Source: Mobula hypostoma
Taxonomy: Eukaryota
Length of the DNA: 64,000 nt
Direction of reading: 5' to 3'
Assembly: GCF_963921235.1 (NCBI RefSeq)
Contig: NC_086108.1
Location: 35,900,001-35,964,000 of the forward strand
Part shown: piece after piece, positions 1 to 10,480 of the stretch
Layout of the letters: every line of letters begins with the position of its first letter
Position numbering within the stretch: position 1 is the stretch's first letter
Notes under the pieces: generated by a model
Told to the model about the DNA's origin: nothing
The model's database searches: none
Seen by the model: only the letters and a program-made list of their open reading frames with translations
Position numbers and translations under genes: made by a program

Positions 1-800
1 ACTGTAATGTCATTATTTGGTGGCCTTTAGACAGCTCCCACCAGTGATTCTTTTTTCCCTTTACTATTCCTAATCTCTACCCAGATGTATTCAACATTCT
101 GCTCCTTAGATCTTATATCACCTCTCACTATCGCCCTGATCTCATCCTTAATTAAGAGCACTATCCCACCTCCCTTACTTTCCTGCCTATCCTTACGTAT
201 TACCTGATATCCTTGGATACTTAATTTCCAATCCTTTCCACCCTGCAACCATGTCTCTGTAATGGCCACGAAATCATACCTTTTATACTGATTTGTTCCA
301 CAAGTTCACCTACCTTGTTACGAATACTACGAGCATTCAGATAAAGTGCCCTTTTTCTTTTACCTTATCGGTACTTCTCCAATCTGTTGACCTCACCCTC
401 CCCCCCCGATATTTAGTATAAAGCACTATTCACAATGCTAGTTCTGCAATTCGCAGGATCAAGGCCCCATCTCGGTTCAGGTGGAGCCTGTCCCAGTGGA
501 ACAGCTCCCTCGTTCCCCAGTACAGCTGCCAATTTCCCATGAATTGAAACCCACTTCTCCCACACCAATTCTTCAGCCACACATTTAATACTCTAATCTT
601 TTTAACTCTATGCCAATTTGCATGTGGCTCAGATAGTAATCCAGATATTACCACTTCTTTTGTTTTGCTTTTTAATTTAATCCCCAGCTGCTCAAATTCT
701 CTCAGCAGAACCTCTTTCCTCATTCTACTTGTGACATTGATACCCACATGGACCACAACAACTGGATCTTTCCCCTCCCATTGCAAATTCCTCTCCAGGT
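1..800 (-). mobile_element. CR1-type LINE fragment: ORF1 esterase (SGNH-like) end and ORF2 APE endonuclease start
   Basis: 430..786 has VVVHVG...LHLN esterase motifs; 27..269 has ITETWL...RKDR...GGGIVLLIK endonuclease motifs. Runs off the window edge. Confidence 0.88.
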
Positions 801-1034
801 CAGATATTTTTTTCTTCTAGAACCTAAAGACAGATGGCAGAATTTTTAATTTATGTCTAAGATGGTTAGGGATGATGCCAGAAACCACTTCACTAATAGT
901 TATGAAAGTCTGGAAGATTATCTGCCAAAATCTGCTGAGAAAAGGTAAAAACTGAGATTGACAACTGTCTGTTCAGCAAAGGCTCAATGTTGATGCAATT
1001 ATAAAGAGAAGGTAGAGTTAAAATACAGATCATC

Positions 1035-1263
1035 TGAAGCACCTTCAATTACTCCAAAAGACTGAGGTTTGGTAAAATACTGAAAGGCTTTTATTCGCTG
1101 TACAATACGACCTCCACAGTGAGTGTCTGCCCCCGGACTGAGGGGGAGGGGCAAGGCGAACACCTTTATACAGGACTCTGTGGGAGGAGCCACAGGGTCA
1201 GTCAGCAGAGGGGTGTGTCCAGACAGGTAACCGAGTTACAACATATATACATGGTTTACCACA
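1035..1263 (-). repeat. 3' LTR of the Gypsy element
   Basis: Direct repeat of 4449-4677, preceded on the minus strand by the PPT aaaaaaaggaggggtgaa. Confidence 0.97.
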
Positions 1264-1281
1264 TTCACCCCTCCTTTTTTT
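1264..1281 (-). promoter_or_regulatory. Polypurine tract (plus-strand primer) of the Gypsy element
   Basis: Minus strand reads aaaaaaaggaggggtgaa immediately before the 3' LTR TG. Confidence 0.85.
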
Positions 1282-1332
1282 AAAAAGAGTCCCGCGGGGT
1301 GAAGTGACTGACAATATTTACGAGAAGTATAT

Positions 1333-4300
1333 TTACAGGTTAAGTCTATCAGGCGGTCGAGTCCGTCGCTGTGATCTACGTAGCACCGGCGGTGATTGCA
1401 CCGGCGATGGCGGTTGTGCTGGCTCCGGCCTGACTTCAGGTGCCAGCACGTTAGGCATCGGTAATCCCTCGTGCGTGTGCGTCGCGCCCGGTATGGGAGT
1501 GTCGTGTGGTGTCTGTATAGGGTTTGGGGTGCACGGTGTCTCGTAGGTACATACATTGGTGGGTACGGGGTCAATAGTCACCACGGAGTGTTCAGGGTAG
1601 GGGCCCGGAGCTCCTGCGGGCGCCAGGTCGCGGATGGAGACCGCGTCCTCGCACCCATCAGGTAAAACCACGTAGGCATACTGGGGGTTCGCATGAAGTA
1701 AGTGAATCCTCTTGACCATCGGGGAGTATTTATTGCTCCTCGCATGTTTCCGAAGCAGCACTGGCCCCGGGGACGTCAGCCAAGTTGGTAGGGTGAACCT
1801 TTTGCCGGCAAGATAGTGCCTCCAGTGCCTTATAGCTTCCACTGTGGCCTGGGCCTCTTTCTCTACCGCAGAGTGCCGAATTTCAGGGCCTTGAAGGGTA
1901 TGGGAGAAGAACGCCACTGGTCTTCCTGCCTGGTTGAGGGTAGCAGCCAGCGCAAAGTCGGAGGCGTCACTCCCTACTTGGAAGGGAATGGCCTCATCCA
2001 CCGCATCCATTGCTGCTTTGGCAATGTCCCCTTTTATGCGGTTGAAGGCCGCGTGGGCCTCGGCAGAGAGGGGGAATGTGGTGGACTTGACCAGGGGGCG
2101 GGCCTTGACTGCATAATTAGAGACCCATTGGGTGTAATATAAAAAGAAGCCCAGGCACCTTTTGAGGGCTCTGAGGGTGTTGGGAAGAGGGAGTTCCAAC
2201 AAGGGGTGCATACGGTCGGGGTCAGGGCCAATGACTCCATTCTCCACGACACACCCAAAGACAGCAAGTCGGGTGGTCCCAAATACACACTTGTCCTTGT
2301 TATAGGTGAGGTTGAAAGATTTGGCCGCTTGGAGAAATTTTTGGAGGTTGTTGTCGTGATCCTGCTGGTCGTGACCGCAGATGGTAATGTTATCCAGATA
2401 TGGGAACGTGGCCTTCAGTTGGCACTGGTCCATCATCTGGTCCATTGCCCTCTGGAAGACAGATACACCATTCGTGACACCAAAGGGGACGCGCAGGAAT
2501 TGTTAAAGCCGGCCGTCGGCCTCGAAGGCAGTGTAAGGGCGGTCCTCCCGACGGATGGGGAGCTGATGGTGAGCGGATTTTAGGTCTATGGTCGAGTACA
2601 CCTTGTACTGTGCTATCTGATTGACCATATCCGCGATGCGGGGTAGAGGGTACGCGTCGAGCTGTGTGAACCTATTGATGGTCTGGCTATAGTCCACGAC
2701 CATCCTATTCTTCTTCCCGTTCCGAACAACCACCACCTGGGCCCTCCAAGGACTTGTGCTTGCCTTAATGACCCCCTCCCTGAGCAGCCGCTGCACCTCC
2801 GACTTAATGAAAGCTCTGTCCCCCGCGCTGTACCTCCTGCTTTTAGTTGCCACAGGTTTACAGTCGGGGGTCAGGTTGGCGAACAGCGGTGGGGGAGGGA
2901 TCCTGAGGGTGGAGAGGTCGCAAGTGGTGTCAGTAGTGTGGCAGTTGGCATGATGTTGGGTGGGATGCGCAGGTCGGTGTGTGTGTGTGGTCAGTAGTGG
3001 GGTACGTGACATATCTCTACAAAACAGGGGATTTATGACAGTAATTGGCGGGAGGGGCCCATCATACTTCATTGTCACGCTCTTCAGGTGGCTCTGGAAG
3101 TCCAACCCCAACAGCACAGGGGCACACAGTTGAGGCAAGACCAGTAACTTAAAGTCCCAATATTCTGTGCCCTGCACCACTAGTGTCGCTACACAACCCC
3201 CCCGGATGTCTGTTGTATGCGACCTGGAGGCCATGGTGACCCTCCGACTTACCGGCCGTATCATGAGTCCACAATGCTGCACCGTGGCCGGGTGGATAAA
3301 ACTCTCCGTGCTGCCTGTGTCAAACAGGCAGTTTGTCCTGTGCCCCTCCACCAGGATGTCCATCACTGACCTTGTGAGCTGGTGGGGAGCGCTTTGGTCG
3401 AGGGTCACGGAAGCCAGGGTGGGGTCGCTGTCTTGGTCCGGCGCGGTGGGGTGGCCCGTGAGCACCCGTTGGTCGTAGGTGGTGGGAGGTGGCGCCGACC
3501 AAGATGGCCACGCCCATGTCTCGCACGTGGTGGTGGCGTGCAGGGAAGATGGCGGCCCCCATGTCTCGCACGTGGTGGTAGCGTGCAGGGAAGATGGCGG
3601 CCCCCATGTCTCGCACGTGGTGGCAGTGTGCAGGGAAGATGGCGACCCCCACGTCTCGCACGCGGCGCTGCTCGATCCCGCTTGCAGTTTTGACTTACAG
3701 ACCTTGGCGAAGTGGCCCTTCTTTCCGCAGCTGGAACAGGTAGCTTGTCGAGCCGCGCAGCGTTTCCGGGGGTGCTTCTCCAGTCTGCAGAAGTAGCACT
3801 TCGTGGACTCACGACTGGCTGCAGCCGAGGTCAATTCGCCGGCGGGTTGCGGGGACTGCGGCGCCCACGAGGCCATCGGGGGATCGCGTGCCTGGAGAAC
3901 CTCGGAGTTATGCAGAGTGGCCTCCAACGTATCAGCTAGCTCCATCGCCGAACTTAAGGTAAGATCGTTTTTTTCCAGCAGCCGCTGGCGCACGTACACT
4001 GACCTGGTCCCCGTGACGAAGGCGTCCCTCACTAGGAGTTCTGCATGCTGCGTCGCCGTCAGCTCCTGGCAATTGCAGGCCCGCACAAGTGTCTGTAGGG
4101 CCCGGACAAACTCAGCACTCGATTCCCCGGACCGTTGTTGCCGTGTCGCTAAACGGTGCTGAGCATAGACGCTGTTTATCGGCCACAGGTATTGTCTTTT
4201 GAGTGCGTTCATTGCGCCATCGTAGTTCGGCTGGTCTCTGATCAGCGAATAGACCCGTGGACTGACCCTGGAGAGTAGAACTCTGCACTTCGCTACGGGG

Positions 4301-4422
4301 TCGGTCGCTTTAATCTCCTCTAGATACGCTTCGAAGCAGGCCAGCCAGAGTTCGAAAGCGTTTCCAGCGTCAGGCATTTGCGGATTGAGGTCTAATTTGT
4401 CTGGTCTCAGAGCCTGTTCCAT
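1333..4422 (-). pseudogene. gag-pol polyprotein, disabled by one in-frame TAA (2503-2505) and loss of the integrase core
   Basis: ORFs 2503..4422 and 1333..2445 are in the same frame. Motifs: CCHC knuckles CYFCRLEKHPRKRC and CSSCGKKGHFAKVC; protease LFDTGS; RT (RMVVDY, STIDLKSAHHQ, PFG, YLDN); RNase H (SDASD, EKEAQA). No HHCC or DDE integrase motifs. Confidence 0.93.
3513..3662 (-). repeat. 45-bp coding tandem repeat (about 3.3 copies) between gag and protease
   Basis: Repeated peptide TCETWGPPSSLHATT in ORF 2503..4422. Confidence 0.9.
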
Positions 4423-4431
4423 GTTTTAAAA

Positions 4432-4447
4432 TGTACAGCGAATAAAA
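4432..4447 (-). promoter_or_regulatory. Non-tRNA primer-binding site complementary to the element's own LTR
   Basis: Minus strand TTTTATTCGCTGTACA begins 1 nt after the 5' LTR, has no TGG start, and is the exact reverse complement of LTR sequence TGTACAGCGAATAAAA (3' LTR, 1089-1104). Confidence 0.85.
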
Positions 4448-4448
4448 T

Positions 4449-4677
4449 TGAAGCACCTTCAATTACTCCAAAAGACTGAGGTTTGGTAAAATACTGAAAG
4501 GCTTTTATTTGCTGTAAAATACGACCTCCACAGTGAGTGTCTGCCCCCGGACTGAGGGGGAGGGGCAAGGCGAACACCTTTATACAGGACTCTGTGGGAG
4601 GAGCCACAGGGGCAGTCAGCAGAGGGGTGTGTCCAGACAGGTAACCGAGTTACACCATATATACATGGTTTACCACA
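4449..4677 (-). repeat. 5' LTR of the Gypsy element
   Basis: Direct repeat of 1035-1263 with 4 substitutions; TATAAA on the minus strand at 4579-4584; AATAAA near 4504-4509. Confidence 0.97.
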
Positions 4678-7499
4678 TCATCCTTGATGTATGGAAACAA
4701 CAGACAAGATACGTCTACCGTGTATCTGATGTCCTTATGTTCTGTGTTCTATATTCTATATTCTGTTGTAGCAACACATCTTCATGCATCCAAATAACTG
4801 CTCTTTACCCCAGAACTAAAGCAGTGGATGAAACCAGCAGCAAGTGGCCTTGTAGATATCCACAGAGGAGGCATTTACCACGATCAGGGTTAGCAAACCC
4901 ACAACTACTGGTCCCTTACGTTCTGACTGACAATGCACTGAGTTCAGGCCAGGAACAAATTCTGAGTGAAACACAATATTCGTACATGTTGACTAAGTCA
5001 TTGGACATGACATATAAGTGCAAAATTCTGGCAGAAATATTATTTCTGAGTTCTTTGCCACAGTGGGTTATTGACCCTGCTCTACCTTAACCATGACTGG
5101 CTTTAATACTGTACATCTGCAATACGCCATGTGAACCCATCCTATTTCCTATGGTATACCGTATCTGAAAAATGCAGGGAGTGCCGCAGTTAGGTGTTGA
5201 ATAGTACATTCTTTTGGATGCTTGCCAGTTATATTTAGTACGTGATGTTCAGTGAATATTAGAACTAGCACCCTTTCCATCTATCTGTCGCATTTTTTTG
5301 AATAAAGTAAGTTATTTTTGGCTTTTCTGAGTCATGTAGACTCTGATCAAGATCAAGTCATCTGTCAATATCTCTAAGCACGCAAACACTCTCACTGTTT
5401 TGGAGTTCAGCAGAACTAAGCCTCCCTAGCCAGTAGTTAAACTAGTTTAAAATGCTTTTCTTTTATTAAGTGCAATGGTGAACAATAGCCAGATCAGAAA
5501 TGCTGATCAAGTCAATTAGTTCCCAAAGAGAACTCTGATAGGCCAATCAGATGGTTCACTGCTACTCAGCGACAGAACACAAAAAAAATCATATGTACAA
5601 TTAAGAAACATTTAAAAATAGTAGAAATACTGGAGTCATGATGATCATGATGAAGTCTGCTGGAGAGAGACATTTATACACATGCTGCCTTCCATAATTC
5701 AGAGATTGAAGGATAAAATTGCAGGGTGACAAAACATGGCAGGAGCACTTGGAACTAGAAACTAATCCCTACCGGGAGAAAACAGCTTTATGTAGGAGCT
5801 AAATCAACAGTCAGAAAATCGTGTTTTCGTATTTAATTATTCTTAGAAATTTTGTTTTAACTAATTTGGCAAACTTTGTTTTCGCTTCCAAGCAAACTGC
5901 CCAGTTTCCATTACCGTTCTCTGATTTTTGTAAAAATTCCTCACCAAATATTTACAATACCTTTGTCATTCAGCTTCACCAGAAATGAGTGATGCACTCC
6001 CAGCTGTTATACCATACCACTCTCATCCTCTTCCCAACTGCCAGGGTATCTCCGCTGCAGAAGCATGGCAAGACGGTTCTGATTCTGAGCCACCACTTGG
6101 CCATTTTATCAATTCTCTAGTGGCAACTTTGTCAGATCACCAGCTATTGAAAAGACATATATACTCCCCAGTGTTACCTATGATTCACTTTCGAACACTT
6201 TTGCTTCTGAGGTACAAGGTTGTGGGTTCAAGTCCCCCTTCGGAGAAACAAACACAGACGTCCAAACTAATAGTCCAGTGATGGACAAGGGAGAACAGTG
6301 CTGTTGGAGAGTTAGTCTTTAGGCTGGCACATTAAACTGAGATTTGCTCAGGTGAATGGAAAATATTCTATGATAATTCTATCTGAAGAAGAGCAATAAA
6401 GCTCTCCTAGCAATTAAATGAGGGTACCTGTCCATTATTACATTACTGATATGGGAGTTAACTATAGCTGTGGGGAGCAGACTGTACTACTCGACAGTAA
6501 AATAATCTTTATACTACAGTCAGTAAAGCACTGTTGACAAGTTTTCTGGGATGACATCAGTGAAGCTACGGAAGTAAAAACCTTGCTTTTCTTTACAAAT
6601 GAACTTTGCGTTGAAAATATTTTATCAAACAACTTTCACAACAGGTCAGCTCCATTCAACCTCTCTACTCTTGCACTCCCACCAAAAGGGTTTGTAATCC
6701 CTAGGATTAATTTCCTTCAATCCCACTTCATTTAGTGTCCATTCACAATCGTCCTCTACTTGTTCAATTCAGTTTGTTCATGAGTCAGGCAAGTGTTCCT
6801 TCAAAGAAGTTCTCCCTGTCTGAGAAAAGATTGTAACTATGGGAATTGCTGTGTTCTGGCTATGATTGCCTTTGCATGGGATCCTTGGAAATGTCATTGT
6901 TGCTCGATCACTGCCAATTAGGTATAGGTTTGGAATCCGACTCTAGAGTCACATCAAAAGTAGAAAGGAAGCTGAAGCTCATGACAGCAGGAAGAAGCAA
7001 GCCCTCTCCACGGGATGGTAAAATGTCCTCAGGGCAGCAACTGAGGAAAGAAGTCCCAGTAATGGTGCCATGTTCAATCCAAACTGAAGTGAGTTTTTTT
7101 GATAAGGTACAGTCACTATGCATGCTCCGCCATTTCTGTTTCCATGATTTGGAGACCCTTTAATTTGGCAATACCATAAACAACTGACAAAAATATTAAA
7201 GATGAATGGACACATTTACTCAATATTAAAACTAGTGTATGGTTTTGCTAAATAAAAGTTTGGAACATTTATACCTTGACGGGTCATTGCTAAATATTTG
7301 ACTCTTGTTTTAATTTGTAATCTTTATAATTGTAATGATTAGCTTGGTAAGATGTAATCATTACATAAATCATGAATTCAGTGGTTGCCTTGGTTAGATG
7401 AAATATGCAACTAAAAATAACAGATGAAGTCTTTTCCTAAGGGGCTATTACCTGAAGAGTCTCATTAGGGACAAAACAAATCAAAATACTGCAGTTGTA

Positions 7500-7630
7500 A
7501 ACTCAAAAGATTCTGCATATGCTGGAAATCTTGAACAAACACACAAAGTGCTGGAGGAACTCAGCAGGTTAGGCAGCATCTATCAAGAAATAGTCAAAAT
7601 TTCAGTCCAAGACCCTTCATCAGGACTAGA
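7500..7630 (-). mobile_element. Penelope pLTR relic with decayed HHR core
   Basis: Homologous to 54898-55030; minus strand agtcctgatgaagggtcttggactgaaa. Confidence 0.7.
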
Positions 7631-7661
7631 GAAGGCTCATGGCCCAAAACTTTGAGTATTT

Positions 7662-8375
7662 AGACCATGACCATGAGACGTAGGAGCAGAATTAGGCCAT
7701 TCGTCTCAACAAATCTGCTCCATCATTTGATCTTGGCTGACCCATTTCCATCTCAACCCCATTCTCCTGCCTTCTCCCTGTAACCTTTCATGTCGTGACT
7801 CATCAAGGACCGATCAAGCTCTGCCTTAAGTACACCCAATGATCTGGCCTCCGCAGCCACTAATAGCAACAAATTCCACAGATTCACACCGTCCGGGTAA
7901 AACTATTACTCCTAATCTCCATTTTAAATGGGCATCCCTCTATTCTGAGGCTGTACCCTCTGGTCTTTGACTCATCAAAGGAAGCATCTATTCCAGTTAG
8001 GCCTTTCAACATTCAATGGGTTTCAATGAGATTGTACCCCTCCCCCCATTCTTCTTAGTTCCAGTGAGTACAGGTGCCGATCCATCAAACTCTCCTCATA
8101 TGATAAGCTTTTCATTCCCGGAATCATTTTTGTGAACCTCATTTGAACCCCGTCCAATGGCAGCACGTCCTTTCTTAGATAAGGGGTCTGAAACTTCTCT
8201 CAGTGCTCCATGTGAGGCCTCCCCAGTGCTTTATAAAGCCTCAGCATTGCATTTGTACTTTTATATTCTAGCTCTCTCAAAATAAATGCGAGCAATGCAC
8301 TTGCCTTCCCCGCCACCGACTCAACCTGCAAGTTAATCTTTAAGGAATCCTGCACAAGGACTACCAAGTCCTCCC
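7662..8375 (-). mobile_element. CR1 3' fragment
   Basis: LEYKSTNAMLRLYKALGRPH; 3' end homologous to 18210-18890. Confidence 0.85.
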
Positions 8376-8519
8376 ATCTAAGAATGTTGCAGTTACTGGA
8401 AATCTGAAATAGGTAACAGTAAATGCCGGAAACATTCAGCAGGCTGGGAAGCCTCTGTGGAGAAAGAAGCAAAGTTAAAGTTTAAATCAAAACCCCTTCA
8501 TCAGAAATAAGCAGCAGGC

Positions 8520-8955
8520 TTGCTCTATCATGGGTACCACCCTCCGTAGTATTCAAGATGTATTCAAGGAGCGGTGCCTTTGGAAAACGGCGTCCATCAT
8601 TAAGGATCCCCATCGCCCAGGACACGTCCTCTTCACACTGCTACCATCAGGAAGGATGTACAGAAAGCACACACTCAGTGATTCAGGAACAGCTTCTTCC
8701 CTCTGTCATCCAATTTCTTAATGGATATTGAAACCATGAACACTACCTCACTCATTTTTTTATTTCTGTTATTTTGGACTAATTATTTTAACTTAACTAT
8801 TTAATAGACATATATATATATATATATATATATATACTTAATGTAACTTCATTTTTTCACTATTTATTTATCATGTATTTTATTGTACTGCTTCTGTAAA
8901 GTTAACAAATTTCTCAACATATGCTGGTGATATTAAATCTGATTCTGATTCTGAA
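8520..8955 (+). mobile_element. Degenerate Rex1/Babar-like 3' fragment
   Basis: ASIIKDPHRPGHVLFTLLPSGR; (GATTCT)n tail; embedded (TA)n at 8810-8835. Confidence 0.75.
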
Positions 8956-8974
8956 TGGGTCATGATACAGAAAT

Positions 8975-9780
8975 GTCCCAGTCAGTCCTTCCAGATGAGG
9001 CAACACTTCACCTGTGAATCTTTTGGGGTTGCCTACTGTACCTGGTACTCTCAATACAGCCTCTTCTTCGTTGGAGAGACCTGACATATATTGGGGGACC
9101 GCTATGTTGAGCACTGCGCTCCATCCGTAACAAGCAGGATTTCCCAGTGGCCAACCATTTTTAAATCCTAATCCCCATTCCGACATGTTGGTCCATGGCC
9201 TTCTCTACTGCCACGATGAGGCCACTCTCAGGGTGGAGGAGCAACACTTCATATTCTGTCTAGGTAGCCTCCAATCTGATGGCACGAACATCAATATCTC
9301 AAACTTCAAGTAACTCTTCCCCCCACCCCCACTTCCATTCCCTACTCTGGTTTCTCTCTTACCTTTCTCTTGCCCTCCCCTGCCTATCACCTTGGCCTGG
9401 TGCCTCTCCTTCTTCCCTTTCTCCCATGGTCCACTCACCTCTCCTATCAGATTCCTTCTTCTTCAGCCCTTTATTTTTTCCACCTCCCAGCTTGGTACAT
9501 CATCTCCCCTCCCCCACACACCTAGCTTCACCTATCACCTTCTAGCTTGTACTTCTCCTCCTCCCCCCAACCACCTTCTTATTCTGACTTCTGCATTCCT
9601 TTCTATTCCTAATGAGGTGTCTTGGCCTGAAACATTGACTGTTCATTCATTTCCGTGGATGCTGCCTAACCTGCTGAGTTCCTCCAGCATGTTGTATGTT
9701 TTACACTGAAATGTCGAATCTATTTCTCTCCCCACAGATGCTGCCTGACCTGCGCAGATTTTCCAGCATTTTCTGTTCTT
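8975..9780 (+). mobile_element. Degenerate Penelope-like element 3' part: GIY-YIG endonuclease plus pLTR relics
   Basis: Reads PSQSFQMRQHFTCESFGVAYC...VGET*HILGDRYVEH; downstream sequence is homologous to 51986-52550; decayed HHR at ~9607-9641. Confidence 0.82.
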
Positions 9781-10323
9781 AATTCTAAAAGGTTCTTAAT
9801 TTTAATAAATCTTCCGCCATCCTGCAATGATAGAGCCGAGCTAATTTACATCTCCATTACCTGTTCTGAGCTCTTTGGTCATCTGGACTTATGTGACTGG
9901 TCATCCTTGGTATTATCCAGCCAGCATCCCACTGATCTCATTCGCCTTTGGGATAGAGGGTTTTTGGTGTCCTAGTGCCTGAATAACAAACACCTTACAG
10001 GCAGGTCGAACAGAAAAATCACGCAGCATTTTGGCCTTCATTGTAACAGAAACTCAGTATGAAACGGAATCAGAATCAGAATCAGGTTTATTATCGCTGA
10101 TATACTGTAAGTGTGAAATTAGTTGGTTTGTGGCAATACAGGGCAATACATAAATATGACTATAAGTTAGAAAACAAATGGCACAAAAATGAATAATGAA
10201 GGGATTGGAACAGGCATAGTGTTATTAAAAATAGGGAGGCTTTGTTGGAATTGCATAGTGTGCTAGCAAGCCCTCACCTGAAATGCCAATCACAGTTTTT
10301 GGCCCCTTACTGAAAAAAATTGA

Positions 10324-10480
10324 CCTAATGACAGGTCTTGACCTGAAACATCGACGCTTTATTCCTTTCAATAGATGCTGCCTGACCTGCTGAGTTCCCA
10401 TGTCTCATCCTGAAACGTCGATTCTTTACTCTTTTCCATTGATGCTACCTGATCTGCTGAATTCCTCCAGCATTTTGCAT
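10324..10480 (+). mobile_element. Two tandem Penelope pLTR relics
   Basis: ctgaaacatcgac...gatgctgcctgacctgctgagttcc occurs twice in tandem with divergence. Confidence 0.65.

Larger units (their letters stand above)
1035..4677 (-). mobile_element. Ty3/Gypsy LTR retrotransposon with both LTRs, internally deleted (non-autonomous)
   Basis: Two 229-bp TG...CA LTRs; 5-bp TSD TCATC at 1030-1034 and 4678-4682; gag-PR-RT-RH order; polypurine tract before the 3' LTR. Confidence 0.97.

Noticed and set aside
999..1193. Twin ORFs MAPPTESCIKV... (also 4407..4607)
   Set aside because: They are the two LTR copies read through; no protein motif.
1236..4162. Many overlapping alternative-frame and antisense ORFs in the Gypsy element
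   Set aside because: Expected in GC-rich coding sequence; no env-like or other recognisable domain.
6583..6627. Plus-strand peptide LLFFTNELCVENILS resembling RGS FLKSEFCEENIEFW
   Set aside because: Lacks the conserved FW..CE continuation and flanking RGS similarity; no convincing splice sites; likely chance.
6846..7163. 105-aa plus-strand ORF (also 11665..11880 and 5985..6281)
   Set aside because: No recognisable domain and no consistent exon chain.
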